Virus record (IMG/VR): IMGVR_UViG_3300035235_001285 | Span: 1-24,640 of that record | Source: a virus | Lineage: Duplodnaviria; Caudoviricetes | Length of the DNA stretch: 24,640 nucleotides | Reading direction: 5' to 3' (one strand) | Shown here: one piece after another, positions 15,217 to 23,713 of the stretch | How the letters are laid out: the number at the start of each line of letters is the position of its first letter | Position numbering within the stretch: position 1 is the first letter of the stretch | Notes under the pieces: model-generated | What the model was told of the DNA's origin: nothing | The model's input: only the letters and a program-made list of their open reading frames with translations | Databases searched by the model: none | Program-made: the position numbers and the translations under genes

Positions 15217-16391
15217 TATGTTGATACCTCTTCAATTATTTCGTTAAGTGCATCATGTTGTGCACGTATATCTGTTAGATCTGGTTCGCCATCATTAGTT
15301 GTACCATCCACTTTTTGAAATAGATCAATAAATGCTTCTTTAGTATCTTGATCAAATCTGTTAACACAAAGTTCAATAGCTTTATTTCTATCATTAAAGA
15401 TAGAGTATGTTTGAACAATATGGCAAAGACGTCTTGTAGATACTAGATCATCTACTCCACCATCTTCATATGTCTTACGAATTGTTTCAGACCAAATAGT
15501 AAGTAGGTCAGCAAATTGTTCGTCTTTCTTATTAAACTTATCCATGTGTTTCATTACGATACGCTTTTCAGTACCTGATGTAGGATAAGGTTGTTCCATT
15601 GTAATTGTAAACCTTTCAAGGAAAGCTTCATCAATGATATTGGCTGCTATGAACCTACCATCTTCTGATCCTTTACCTTTAGTGTTTGCAGTAGCCATAA
15701 CGTTAAACCCTGCTTTAGGAGTTACAACTTCACCAGTCTTTTTAATAAGAACAGGCTTACCTTCAAGTACACCTTGAAGACACATGATCTTATTAGAACC
15801 ACGATCAAGTTCATCAATTAAAAGTAATGCACCTTGTTTCATAGCTTTAATAACTGGTCCTTCGGCAAATACTGTTTCGCCACCAACCAAACGGAATCCA
15901 CCAATCAAATCGTCTTCGTCAGTTTCAGGAGTAATTTGAACTCTGATATAATGCTTACCTGCTTTAGCACAAGCTTGCTCAATCATTGTAGTCTTACCAT
16001 TACCTGAAAGGCCGGTGACGTATGTTGGGTAGAAAAGATTAGAGGCAATGATAGCTTTAACATCACTAAAATGACCCCATTGAACAAAATACTTATCTAC
16101 TTCTGGTACAAAAATCTCATCGTTCATAATTGATTGAACGTTAGTTGGCACTATTGATTTCTCCTGGATAGTAGGTTTATTTTGAAAAGGCAAGATTTGA
16201 GCTTGCAAATTATATACGCCATACTTGACTTTAGAACCAAGATCAAAAATCCTGTCTACGTCTTTATGTGCAATACCTATTTGATCAGCTATGATCTTAA
16301 GTTCAGGTTTACGAAACTCAACCCTTGAGGGATAAGTTGCAGCAACCTTTTCGAGCAGAGCTCTTTGTGAGAATGTAAGTTCTTTTTTCAT
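15216..16391 (-). CDS. MoxR-type AAA+ ATPase (phage 'CobS-like')
   Basis: Walker A GLSGNGKT, Walker B LLIDE, ATANTKGKG..DGRF, AFLERF, STRRL. Confidence 0.9.
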   Translation of the reverse strand: MKKELTFSQRALLEKVAATYPSRVEFRKPELKIIADQIGIAHKDVDRIFDLGSKVKYGVYNLQAQILPFQNKPTIQEKSIVPTNVQSIMNDEIFVPEVDKYFVQWGHFSDVKAIIASNLFYPTYVTGLSGNGKTTMIEQACAKAGKHYIRVQITPETDEDDLIGGFRLVGGETVFAEGPVIKAMKQGALLLIDELDRGSNKIMCLQGVLEGKPVLIKKTGEVVTPKAGFNVMATANTKGKGSEDGRFIAANIIDEAFLERFTITMEQPYPTSGTEKRIVMKHMDKFNKKDEQFADLLTIWSETIRKTYEDGGVDDLVSTRRLCHIVQTYSIFNDRNKAIELCVNRFDQDTKEAFIDLFQKVDGTTNDGEPDLTDIRAQHDALNEIIEEVST

Positions 16392-16428
16392 AATATAGTC
16401 TCCATCAATTTTCCATTTTAATAAGTAT

Positions 16429-16487
16429 ATTATATCATACTTTTCAGCAAATGTAAAGGATTATTTTCACTTTCTTTCATTTTATTT
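16429..16487 (-). promoter_or_regulatory. early promoter with UP-element A-tracts
   Basis: attata 16429-16434, tgtaaa 16452-16457. A 23-nt block (16451-16473) is identical to 18761-18783. Confidence 0.8.
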
Positions 16488-16564
16488 TGGTGGTCGCAGA
16501 GAGATTCGAACTCCCGGCCTCTGGTTTCGTAGACCAGCGCTCTATCCAGCTGAGCTATGCGACC
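16488..16564 (-). tRNA. tRNA-Arg (ACG), 77 nt, encoded CCA
   Basis: Complete cloverleaf: GGTCGCA-TA-GCTC AGCTGGATA GAGC-G-CTGGT CTACGAA ACCAG-AGGCC-GGGAG TTCGAAT CTCTC-TGCGACC-A-CCA. Confidence 0.95.
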
Positions 16565-18690
16565 GTCTCGGCGAACTTAACTGCCAATGTCCTATTAGCT
16601 TTCTTTGAACCAGCAAACTTTTTAAATGCTCTAGCTATTTCACCTTTCTTAGCATTATCACGTACTTCAAAATCTTCAGTTGTAGTATCTAATGACTTAC
16701 GATCATTACGAAGTATAAAGTATCTATCGTAACCCAATACATTATCTAATGCAAAGTACTTGTCTTTCATAAACTTTCTACGAGCTAGGTTAGTATCATC
16801 CCATGAAATTTTAGTATTAGCGTTTGATAGAGCATAATTAAAATCATGTCTAGCATTTGCTAAGAAATAACCTGTTATAGATGAGCAATAATGCTTCTTA
16901 AGATTATTAAGTAAAGCTTTTGTTAGCTTAGTATTACTATTAGTTTTTACTAGATTACCCATAATATTGATAGCATATCCTGCACGATTAGAAGAATCTA
17001 TATCTATTTCTTTTTCATGACGTTTAGTGTAAAGTCTACTACCAGCACCATCAGTAAGAAGAACGAAGTTAGTCTTTTGAATATTGTACTTTTTAGTAAA
17101 CTTTTCTATTAAATGAGGCATCGCAATCAAAGCTTCATCCAATGGTGTACCACCCAGCTCTTCAGCTCTTGACTGAGTTGGCCAACATCCATTTTCTAAT
17201 CTATAAGCATTGTTATACATTTGACGAATACATTTATCTTGATCGGCTTTGTTTAATGAAGACGATGCAACAGTAAAGAGTCGAACATCTGTATGATCAA
17301 CATGGCCATAAGGTACTGTCTTTGGATCACCTGCTTCACCACGCCTTGTAGTAAATCCCATGACTTCATACGGAATATTAACCTTACGACAAAACATAGA
17401 AAGTACTACAATTTGCTTTATAACTGAGCTAAGAGTATTATTCATAGATCCAGAATAGTCAACCAACATAAACATACCATGGTTCTTAGCATCTGGAAGG
17501 TTAGTCATGCGCTTAAAAATGTCGTCAGTATATTTGTAAGAATATAGCTTATTAACATCTAGAGAACCAGATCGAGCTGTCTGAGCCCTACTAGATCTCC
17601 ACGCTGCTTTACGCATTTCAAATTCTTTAGACATGATTTGAACAACTTTTTTGTTCTCATTCATAAAATCGGTAAAAGCATCTTCAATCCCAGGACTTCT
17701 ACTATTCCAACGAGGAGTGTGATTAACTTCACTTTCTAGTTTATCTCTAGAAGCTTCAACTTGTCTATAACCTATGATCATATCTTTAAGTTGTGCTTTA
17801 GTAAAGCCATTACATACATCTACCATACGACCATTTTCATCTTGATCTAGTAGCTTATGTTCATTTTCACGGAATGCTTTATCAGTTTGAGAATCATGTT
17901 GATCGTAATCATTACCACCTTCTTCACTTAGCTCTTCTTCGCTTGAGCCATTTTCTTTTTCCTCTTCATCTGAGCTTTCTTGATTTTCAATTGAACCTTT
18001 TTCAATATCATCCATGCTTCTAGATTCAGGATTACTAGTCTCAGGCTTCGTACTAGTTTGTTCCATGTCTTCTTCATTGTGTACTCTTTCCTCTTGATTA
18101 GAGATGGAAGGAGATTGAGCTGGTGTATTTTCTAACGCAAATGCATAAAGCTTTTTACAAGCCTCAAGCACGTCTTCCCAAGTTTCCACTGCAAAGACTT
18201 CATTGACTAGATCCCTTTCAGCAGCTGAAAATTCAACTGTGATGAGTTCACGTAGTTTAGCTTTTAGATTAATTCTATCAATCAAATTTACATAATCAGG
18301 TGTAAGCTCTGGTATTTCATTAACACCAAAGAAATCATCATCATATAATTTTTGATAGCCACGCTTAAAGCATGACACTAAGCCCGGATAACGACGTTGT
18401 ATTAACTTTTCAATTCGAACATCTTCCACAACATTCAGATAGCTACGAGGGCAGCCAGGTATTTCTACCTCTGCGTCGTGCCAACCTTCAGGTGGTGTTT
18501 CTAAAGCGTGACCAACTTCATGTCCGACCAACAGGTCATATACATCCTCAAGGTTAGTCCATAGGGGTAAACCTAGTGTACGCTTTTCAACATCGAAGAA
18601 AGCAGTTCTATAGTTGCCATGAACTATATTAATGTTTTCTTTAGCCAAGAGTTTGGCTAGTATCGATTTTGAGTTATTTACAATCATCAT
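16555..18690 (-). CDS. metallopeptidase-like + vWA (MIDAS) protein, CobT-like partner of the MoxR ATPase
   Basis: HEVGH and NVVEDVRIE at the N-terminus, acidic linker, then VDYSGSM, GGTPL and LTDG vWA motifs. Confidence 0.85.
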   Translation of the reverse strand: MMIVNNSKSILAKLLAKENINIVHGNYRTAFFDVEKRTLGLPLWTNLEDVYDLLVGHEVGHALETPPEGWHDAEVEIPGCPRSYLNVVEDVRIEKLIQRRYPGLVSCFKRGYQKLYDDDFFGVNEIPELTPDYVNLIDRINLKAKLRELITVEFSAAERDLVNEVFAVETWEDVLEACKKLYAFALENTPAQSPSISNQEERVHNEEDMEQTSTKPETSNPESRSMDDIEKGSIENQESSDEEEKENGSSEEELSEEGGNDYDQHDSQTDKAFRENEHKLLDQDENGRMVDVCNGFTKAQLKDMIIGYRQVEASRDKLESEVNHTPRWNSRSPGIEDAFTDFMNENKKVVQIMSKEFEMRKAAWRSSRAQTARSGSLDVNKLYSYKYTDDIFKRMTNLPDAKNHGMFMLVDYSGSMNNTLSSVIKQIVVLSMFCRKVNIPYEVMGFTTRRGEAGDPKTVPYGHVDHTDVRLFTVASSSLNKADQDKCIRQMYNNAYRLENGCWPTQSRAEELGGTPLDEALIAMPHLIEKFTKKYNIQKTNFVLLTDGAGSRLYTKRHEKEIDIDSSNRAGYAINIMGNLVKTNSNTKLTKALLNNLKKHYCSSITGYFLANARHDFNYALSNANTKISWDDTNLARRKFMKDKYFALDNVLGYDRYFILRNDRKSLDTTTEDFEVRDNAKKGEIARAFKKFAGSKKANRTLAVKFAETVA

Positions 18691-18738
18691 TAATCTCCTT
18701 CCAAATTAACGGAAAACATTTAATTTTCCATTATGTAT

Positions 18739-18800
18739 ATTCTATCACAGTTTTCACTGAATGTAAAGGATTATTTTCACTTTTTTGCATTTTTTTTCAA
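18739..18800 (-). promoter_or_regulatory. early promoter TTTACA-N17-TAGAAT with UP element
   Basis: attcta 18739-18744, tgtaaa 18762-18767, long A-tracts upstream on the minus strand. Confidence 0.75.
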
Positions 18801-18812
18801 TTTATATTTCTC

Positions 18813-18851
18813 AGGGACTGGTCCCCAACCGACAGTTCGATCCCAGTCCCT
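18813..18851. repeat. GC-rich inverted repeat with large loop downstream of thyX
   Basis: AGGGACTGG (18813-18821) / CCAGTCCCT (18843-18851), 21-nt loop. Confidence 0.55.
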
Positions 18852-18862
18852 TTGAGTATATG

Positions 18863-19564
18863 TTACTTCACGAAGTCTGTTATCATTGGGAATATCGGCT
18901 CTAGTGCTTTTGCTGACGCCTTTGCTACTTCCATGCATTCTTTTTGTGTTCCATTTCCTGATCGTAGGCTAATGAAATGTGCCCATGATCTAAGGGTACC
19001 ATTCATATACATACGAGAAACAGTCATACCTTCGGGTAACACTGCTCTTGCTTGCTCTTTAGCGATACCATTTTCAATAGCCCATTCATAAGCAACTTTT
19101 GCTGCATTAGTTACTGAGTGCTGACGTCTTTGCCAGTCAGTAATTAATTCTTGTTGTTTGGTATTCAACTGAATATTAGGATCACTTTCGATCTCAATTG
19201 AATTCTGTCTATTCTTAGGATCTTGCAATCGCGCTTCACGAGTTACAAATGCTCCTGCCAGTTCTTTATCTGGGTTAGCATACCGTTGTGAAAACTCTTG
19301 AAAAGAGAATGACCGGTGTCTTAGAATTTGTCTTGCAATATCACGAGTTGTTGTAATTTCTAGACAGGCACTTGCCATTTCAAGTGGCGACCAATGGTCG
19401 TTTTTCATTAAATACTTGATAAGCTTATCAGCTGTCTGTTTATTAGTTTGATTGCCTGGATTAGATACACGTGCTGTGTATGCTACTAGGTCTTGTGTGT
19501 CTTCAACTCCTTGAATACGATATTCTTCGGTTGGAACTGAATGACTTACTAATTTTACTTGCAT
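18863..19564 (-). CDS. thyX: flavin-dependent thymidylate synthase
   Basis: ARVS, HWSPLE, RQILRHRSFSFQEFSQRY (RHRx7S), KEQARAVLP, LRSWAHF..LR, TQKE. Confidence 0.95.
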   Translation of the reverse strand: MQVKLVSHSVPTEEYRIQGVEDTQDLVAYTARVSNPGNQTNKQTADKLIKYLMKNDHWSPLEMASACLEITTTRDIARQILRHRSFSFQEFSQRYANPDKELAGAFVTREARLQDPKNRQNSIEIESDPNIQLNTKQQELITDWQRRQHSVTNAAKVAYEWAIENGIAKEQARAVLPEGMTVSRMYMNGTLRSWAHFISLRSGNGTQKECMEVAKASAKALEPIFPMITDFVK

Positions 19565-21279
19565 TACGCTACCTTTGAAAAGTTATGTTCTTTAACGAAT
19601 TCGATCTTGGATCTGAACTTACCGTCCAGCAAATCACCTTTATGCGATATCACAAATACATTACTATCATCTTCCAATGTTCCAAGTATCTTCATCAAAT
19701 TGTCAATACCATCATGATCTAACGAAGAATCAAAAGTCTCATCTAGTATCAAAAGATTCGTAGAAGTAGAGTTTTTCATCTTTGCAATTTGCCTCCAAGT
19801 AAATAGCAGTGATAAATCGATACGCTGCTTTTCACCTTCAGAAAATGACGCATAGTTAAATGCATCACGATGTCTTGACTTGATCACCTCGTTGAAGTTT
19901 TCATCGAGATTAAACGAAACAAAGAAGTCAAGAACTTGAAGGTATTGATTAACCAACTTGTTCATGACTGGAAGATACTGTTTAATTACTTTTGTTTTAA
20001 TACCAGTATCTTTTAGCATTTCACCAGCAGCATCTGAATAACTCTTCTCTTCCATAAGTCTAAGTTTAAGTTCACCAAGAGTATCACGTTCAGATATGAC
20101 TTCAGCTAGGTCTGCATTTGCTTGACCTAGATCACCTTCGCTTCCAGTAAGTTTATTTATATCAGCTTCAAGTGCTGTGATTTCTCTTTGGCATCTTTCA
20201 ATGGCCATATTATTAGCAGCAATACCAGAATTCAATTCACGTATTTTAGCCATTTCATTATTAATTTCTTCAATGGAAGCTTCTACCTCTGCACCTTCTG
20301 CCGATATCTTATCCATTGCATCTTGTAGTTCCTTTGCCTTACTTTGGGCAGTTTTAAGCTTGTTTTGCCTTAACTCTTCTTCTATGGTCTGGTTGCATGT
20401 AGGGCACTGTTCGTTGTCCTCGTAGAACTTTGCTTCCTTAACTACACCCTGTATTTGCTGTCGAAACTGCCCAGAATAGCCTAAAAGGGACTGTTTTTTG
20501 TCATGAAAGGTTGATAGACTAAGGGTTAGAGGACCTTCTTTTTCTTCAATCACTCTGAATGACTCTGTGTTCATTGATTGTAAAGATACCCATTCATCTC
20601 TGTTCTTGATGACCAGACTCCCTTTCTCGGCAATGGATGCTTCATTAATCTCAGTAATATCCCTTATATACTTCCTTTGCATAGTAATCTTCTCTTTAGC
20701 TAATTCAAGACGGTAATTAGCATCATTGATCTCTTCTTTATTTTTAGAGATCTTATCTTTAAGGATACTATTCATCTTAGAGAATACTTGGATGTCTAAT
20801 AGGTCTTCAATTACATCTCGGCGATTACCTTGATTTAGTTGCATAAATGGTATGAATGATGAAGAACCTAGCACTACAATTTGGTGGAATGATTTGTGGT
20901 TTAATTTCAATATGTTAGTCTCAAGGAACTTTTGATAATCTCTAGCAGTAGATGATTGATTAATCATATTACCATTTTGCCATATTTCAAACTTCCCTGG
21001 ATTAATCCCACGTACAATTTTAAACTTATGTGCACCAACTTCAAATTCAACTTCAACAATAGTATGCTTTTTGTTTATAGTATTGACTAGCTGGTTCTTA
21101 GAGATCGACCGATGGGGTTTACCAAACAATCCAAACGACAGTGCATCAAGTAATGTACTCTTACCAGCGCCATTCTGACCAACCACTAGGGTGGACGGAG
21201 ACTTAACTAAATCAATGTGTGTTATATTATTACCAGTTGAAAGAAAGTTCTTCCAATTTACTGACTTAAATTTAATCAT
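19564..21279 (-). CDS. gp46: recombination endonuclease ATPase subunit gp46 (Rad50/SbcC-like)
   Basis: GQNGAGKS, CPTC zinc hook, FSEGEKQRID, LILDE, ISH. Confidence 0.95.
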   Translation of the reverse strand: MIKFKSVNWKNFLSTGNNITHIDLVKSPSTLVVGQNGAGKSTLLDALSFGLFGKPHRSISKNQLVNTINKKHTIVEVEFEVGAHKFKIVRGINPGKFEIWQNGNMINQSSTARDYQKFLETNILKLNHKSFHQIVVLGSSSFIPFMQLNQGNRRDVIEDLLDIQVFSKMNSILKDKISKNKEEINDANYRLELAKEKITMQRKYIRDITEINEASIAEKGSLVIKNRDEWVSLQSMNTESFRVIEEKEGPLTLSLSTFHDKKQSLLGYSGQFRQQIQGVVKEAKFYEDNEQCPTCNQTIEEELRQNKLKTAQSKAKELQDAMDKISAEGAEVEASIEEINNEMAKIRELNSGIAANNMAIERCQREITALEADINKLTGSEGDLGQANADLAEVISERDTLGELKLRLMEEKSYSDAAGEMLKDTGIKTKVIKQYLPVMNKLVNQYLQVLDFFVSFNLDENFNEVIKSRHRDAFNYASFSEGEKQRIDLSLLFTWRQIAKMKNSTSTNLLILDETFDSSLDHDGIDNLMKILGTLEDDSNVFVISHKGDLLDGKFRSKIEFVKEHNFSKVA

Positions 21280-22337
21280 AAAACCTCACTATTCTGAGCT
21301 TCAACATACAACCCTCTCATTAAGACTTTCATTCTTTCTTTATCCAATTCAGTTTCAACGGCCTCGACATATGAGTCAAGGAGTTCAGTAGTATCTTCAA
21401 CTGAGATACCTTCATCAACTACATTTTCACCAAGATACTCATCAAAGGTTTCTGCAATCTTTAAGTCATGATGATCAATACTTTGAATACGATCAATAAA
21501 CCGATCAAACATAAAATGATCAGTCTTACTTACGACAACAACTTTAACAAACTTATCTATTAGTTCATTGCAATTATAGTTATTATAATCTATTTTGTCA
21601 TCATTGTAAAGGACTTTTTTGAATAGAGTTTGATTAACTCTAACTGGTGTAAGTGATCGATCTTCAGTATCAATAATATGAAAGTACTTAGGATCATTAG
21701 CATCTGCCCACGTAAACTCGAATTGTGAGCCTAGGTAATGTATATTGTCCTGTGCTGATTTAGTATGGAAATGGCCTGACATAACACATTCAAATCGTTT
21801 AAATGTATTCTTACTCATACCATGTGTATTAGTTACACCTCTCATCATTTCAAAGCCTTCAAGCTCTAGATGAGATCCTACCCAGTCAGCATCCACTTTA
21901 GATAAGTACTTCATAGTAGCATCATAGTTTTCATTATTAATCCATGGAATACATGCAATACGTAAACCATCATAGTCTACTACAGTAGGCTTCATAATTA
22001 TGTTAACATTAGTTGTATAGTAACCAAGTAACTCTTTCAATGAGCAAAGGTTATTAGTATTCTTATAGAATACATCATGATTGCCAGGGATAATGTCCAT
22101 AGTAATACCTAGATCTCTCATAGGTTCAAGGAACATTTTCCTATTTTCATTTTGAGCTTTGAAGTTGATAAACTTCCTGTGATCGTAGTAATCACCCAGA
22201 TGCAAGATCTGTGTAATACCATGTTCTTTCAAATATGGAAAGAACTGTTCTTCGTAGAATTTCTTTTGATAATTAAGAAATATGTCTGAGCTATTTCTGA
22301 CACCAGCGTGAGTATCATTCAAGACTGCTATTTTCAT
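21276..22337 (-). CDS. gp47: recombination endonuclease subunit gp47 (Mre11/SbcD-like)
   Basis: NDTHAG, GDYYD, GNHD and GHFH phosphoesterase motifs. Confidence 0.95.
   Translation of the reverse strand: MKIAVLNDTHAGVRNSSDIFLNYQKKFYEEQFFPYLKEHGITQILHLGDYYDHRKFINFKAQNENRKMFLEPMRDLGITMDIIPGNHDVFYKNTNNLCSLKELLGYYTTNVNIIMKPTVVDYDGLRIACIPWINNENYDATMKYLSKVDADWVGSHLELEGFEMMRGVTNTHGMSKNTFKRFECVMSGHFHTKSAQDNIHYLGSQFEFTWADANDPKYFHIIDTEDRSLTPVRVNQTLFKKVLYNDDKIDYNNYNCNELIDKFVKVVVVSKTDHFMFDRFIDRIQSIDHHDLKIAETFDEYLGENVVDEGISVEDTTELLDSYVEAVETELDKERMKVLMRGLYVEAQNSEVL
21582..21610 (-). promoter_or_regulatory. internal promoter within gp47 (would drive gp46-thyX)
   Basis: attata 21582-21587, tgtaaagga 21605-21613, 17-nt spacer, A-tract upstream. 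Confidence 0.6.
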
Positions 22338-22342
22338 TTAGT

Positions 22343-22930
22343 TTAGTTTCCCATGAAGAGTTCAAGGCCTTCTGCTTTGCGCGCCTTTTCTTTCTTCTTT
22401 TCTTCTTTTGCAAATTCCTTTATTGTCGTATCATTAGTACGCACTACAGAGATACGGTCTCTTAACTGATCAACAAAGGCCCTTGTGGTAGAATCAATAT
22501 GACCATCGACATCAGCGCCCATGATAAAATCCTCTATACCAGCTTTTTCAATATACTTAAATTTAATGTCTTGTTGTTTTTTCTCCTTTGCAAGCCTACG
22601 TAAGAATGCATAGTAACATATTTGTGTAAAGTATGCAAATGCATTAGGATTACCAGTACGAGTTGCTGCATCAATATTATAATTAGTAATTGCTTTTAAA
22701 CAGTTTTCCACCGCATCCATTACCATCTCTTCGCGATATGTATAGCGAATAAAATTGGCCTTGTGTGACAAGCCCTGTGCGATCTTTAAAAAGCAAGTTG
22801 CAATATAATCAGTAACAACAGGTAACTGAGTACCATTTGCCTGTGCTTCATTTACGAGTTTTACATATTCAACCACACTTAGCGAAAACTCTTTATTGTT
22901 TACATAATGTGGTTTCTGTTTTGGTTTCAT
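22343..22930 (-). CDS. gp55: late-transcription sigma factor gp55
   Basis: HYVNNKEF, FLKIAQGLSHKANF.RYTYREEMVMDAVENCL, NAFAYFTQI.YYAFLRR..KEKKQ. Start moved to ATG 22930. Confidence 0.95.
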   Translation of the reverse strand: MKPKQKPHYVNNKEFSLSVVEYVKLVNEAQANGTQLPVVTDYIATCFLKIAQGLSHKANFIRYTYREEMVMDAVENCLKAITNYNIDAATRTGNPNAFAYFTQICYYAFLRRLAKEKKQQDIKFKYIEKAGIEDFIMGADVDGHIDSTTRAFVDQLRDRISVVRTNDTTIKEFAKEEKKKEKARKAEGLELFMGN

Positions 22931-22941
22931 ATTAGAGTCCC

Positions 22942-23127
22942 CTAGTTTGGTTTTGGACGATTCCATGGCCATGAGTTGTTTTCCCAAGCCTTGATTAGAG
23001 CCGGGACGTTGATGTTGTATGTAGAGAGATCATCAATATTATCATTTAGGTATTTAATTTGAAGTGTATTAGTTGGGTCAATGATAGATTGAAAATCCCT
23101 ATAGTGAGTTTGTAAGTTTATATTCAT
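22942..23127 (-). CDS. 61-aa hypothetical protein
   Basis: AAGGA RBS; lies between an early promoter and gp55. Confidence 0.55.
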   Translation of the reverse strand: MNINLQTHYRDFQSIIDPTNTLQIKYLNDNIDDLSTYNINVPALIKAWENNSWPWNRPKPN

Positions 23128-23165
23128 ATGTTTTTATTTCCTTTTTGTTTCATTTTAATATAACT

Positions 23166-23194
23166 ATTATAACATACTTTTAACTAAATGTAAA
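23166..23194 (-). promoter_or_regulatory. early promoter for the gp55-47-46 block
   Basis: attata 23166-23171, tgtaaa 23189-23194, 17-nt spacer. Confidence 0.8.
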
Positions 23195-23250
23195 GGAAAA
23201 AGATGACTAAATTAAAATGAAAATAAATTGAAATAAACTGCAGAAAGCCG

Positions 23251-23279
23251 TTTACATTCGCCTAAAACTGTGTTATAAT
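23251..23279 (+). promoter_or_regulatory. divergent plus-strand promoter (TTTACA-N17-TGnTATAAT), antisense to the uvsW operon
   Basis: TTTACA 23251-23256, TG 23271-23272, TATAAT 23274-23279, A-tracts 23213-23237. Confidence 0.72.
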
Positions 23280-23311
23280 AATAGAGTGTTAGGGGAGAGG
23301 GAGGTATACTA

Positions 23312-23713
23312 CTAATGTATCGAGGCTTTCTTAGGTACCATACTCATAAACTGTTCCCATTGTTCGTCACGTAAACCAACAGGTTCTAGTTCATCATCAT
23401 CTTCATCATCAAGTTCATCTTCACGCATACGCAAACACATCCTAATATATCGTTCTTTGACTTCATCTTCAGCCTCAGACTGAGATATTACATGACTAGG
23501 GTTAAGGTTAATCTTACCTCGATTCTTAGCCATTGGAGACCAGTCACTAAAAGCAAATTGATGTCCATCGTTACTAACCTTCATATGGAGAAGCAATGGA
23601 TTTTCTAAACCAATGAGTACTCCTCCAGGTTCTTCATATACTAGAGATATGATTTCATCTCCTGAAGATAATTTGAATAATTGAATATTGATATCGTCTA
23701 AACTGTATGTCAT
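23312..23713 (-). CDS. conserved T4-like hypothetical protein (Sm-like, KLSSGDEII) with acidic tail
   Basis: ATGA overlap with uvsW; motif resembles the gene that follows uvsW in marine T4-like phages. Confidence 0.7.
   Translation of the reverse strand: MTYSLDDINIQLFKLSSGDEIISLVYEEPGGVLIGLENPLLLHMKVSNDGHQFAFSDWSPMAKNRGKINLNPSHVISQSEAEDEVKERYIRMCLRMREDELDDEDDDELEPVGLRDEQWEQFMSMVPKKASIH

Noticed and set aside
16487-16732. 81-aa plus-strand ORF starting MVVAERFELPASG
   Set aside because: It is the antisense reading of the tRNA and the vWA gene end.
15216-18690. Cobalamin biosynthesis (cobS/cobT) as an auxiliary metabolic function
   Set aside because: No other cob genes are present, and the partner has an HExxH motif. 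A generic MoxR/vWA chaperone pair is the better reading.
20154-20161. TATAAATA late-promoter match inside gp46
   Set aside because: About 600 nt from the next start in AT-rich coding DNA; expected by chance.
1753-21391. Plus-strand ORFs in the track (1753-2109, 4050-4241, 8063-8380, 10141-10413, 10442-10708, 10712-10915, 12368-12694, 14277-14561, 18372-18557, 18669-19091, 20177-20425, 21191-21391)
   Set aside because: Antisense shadows of well-supported minus-strand genes; no recognisable motifs.
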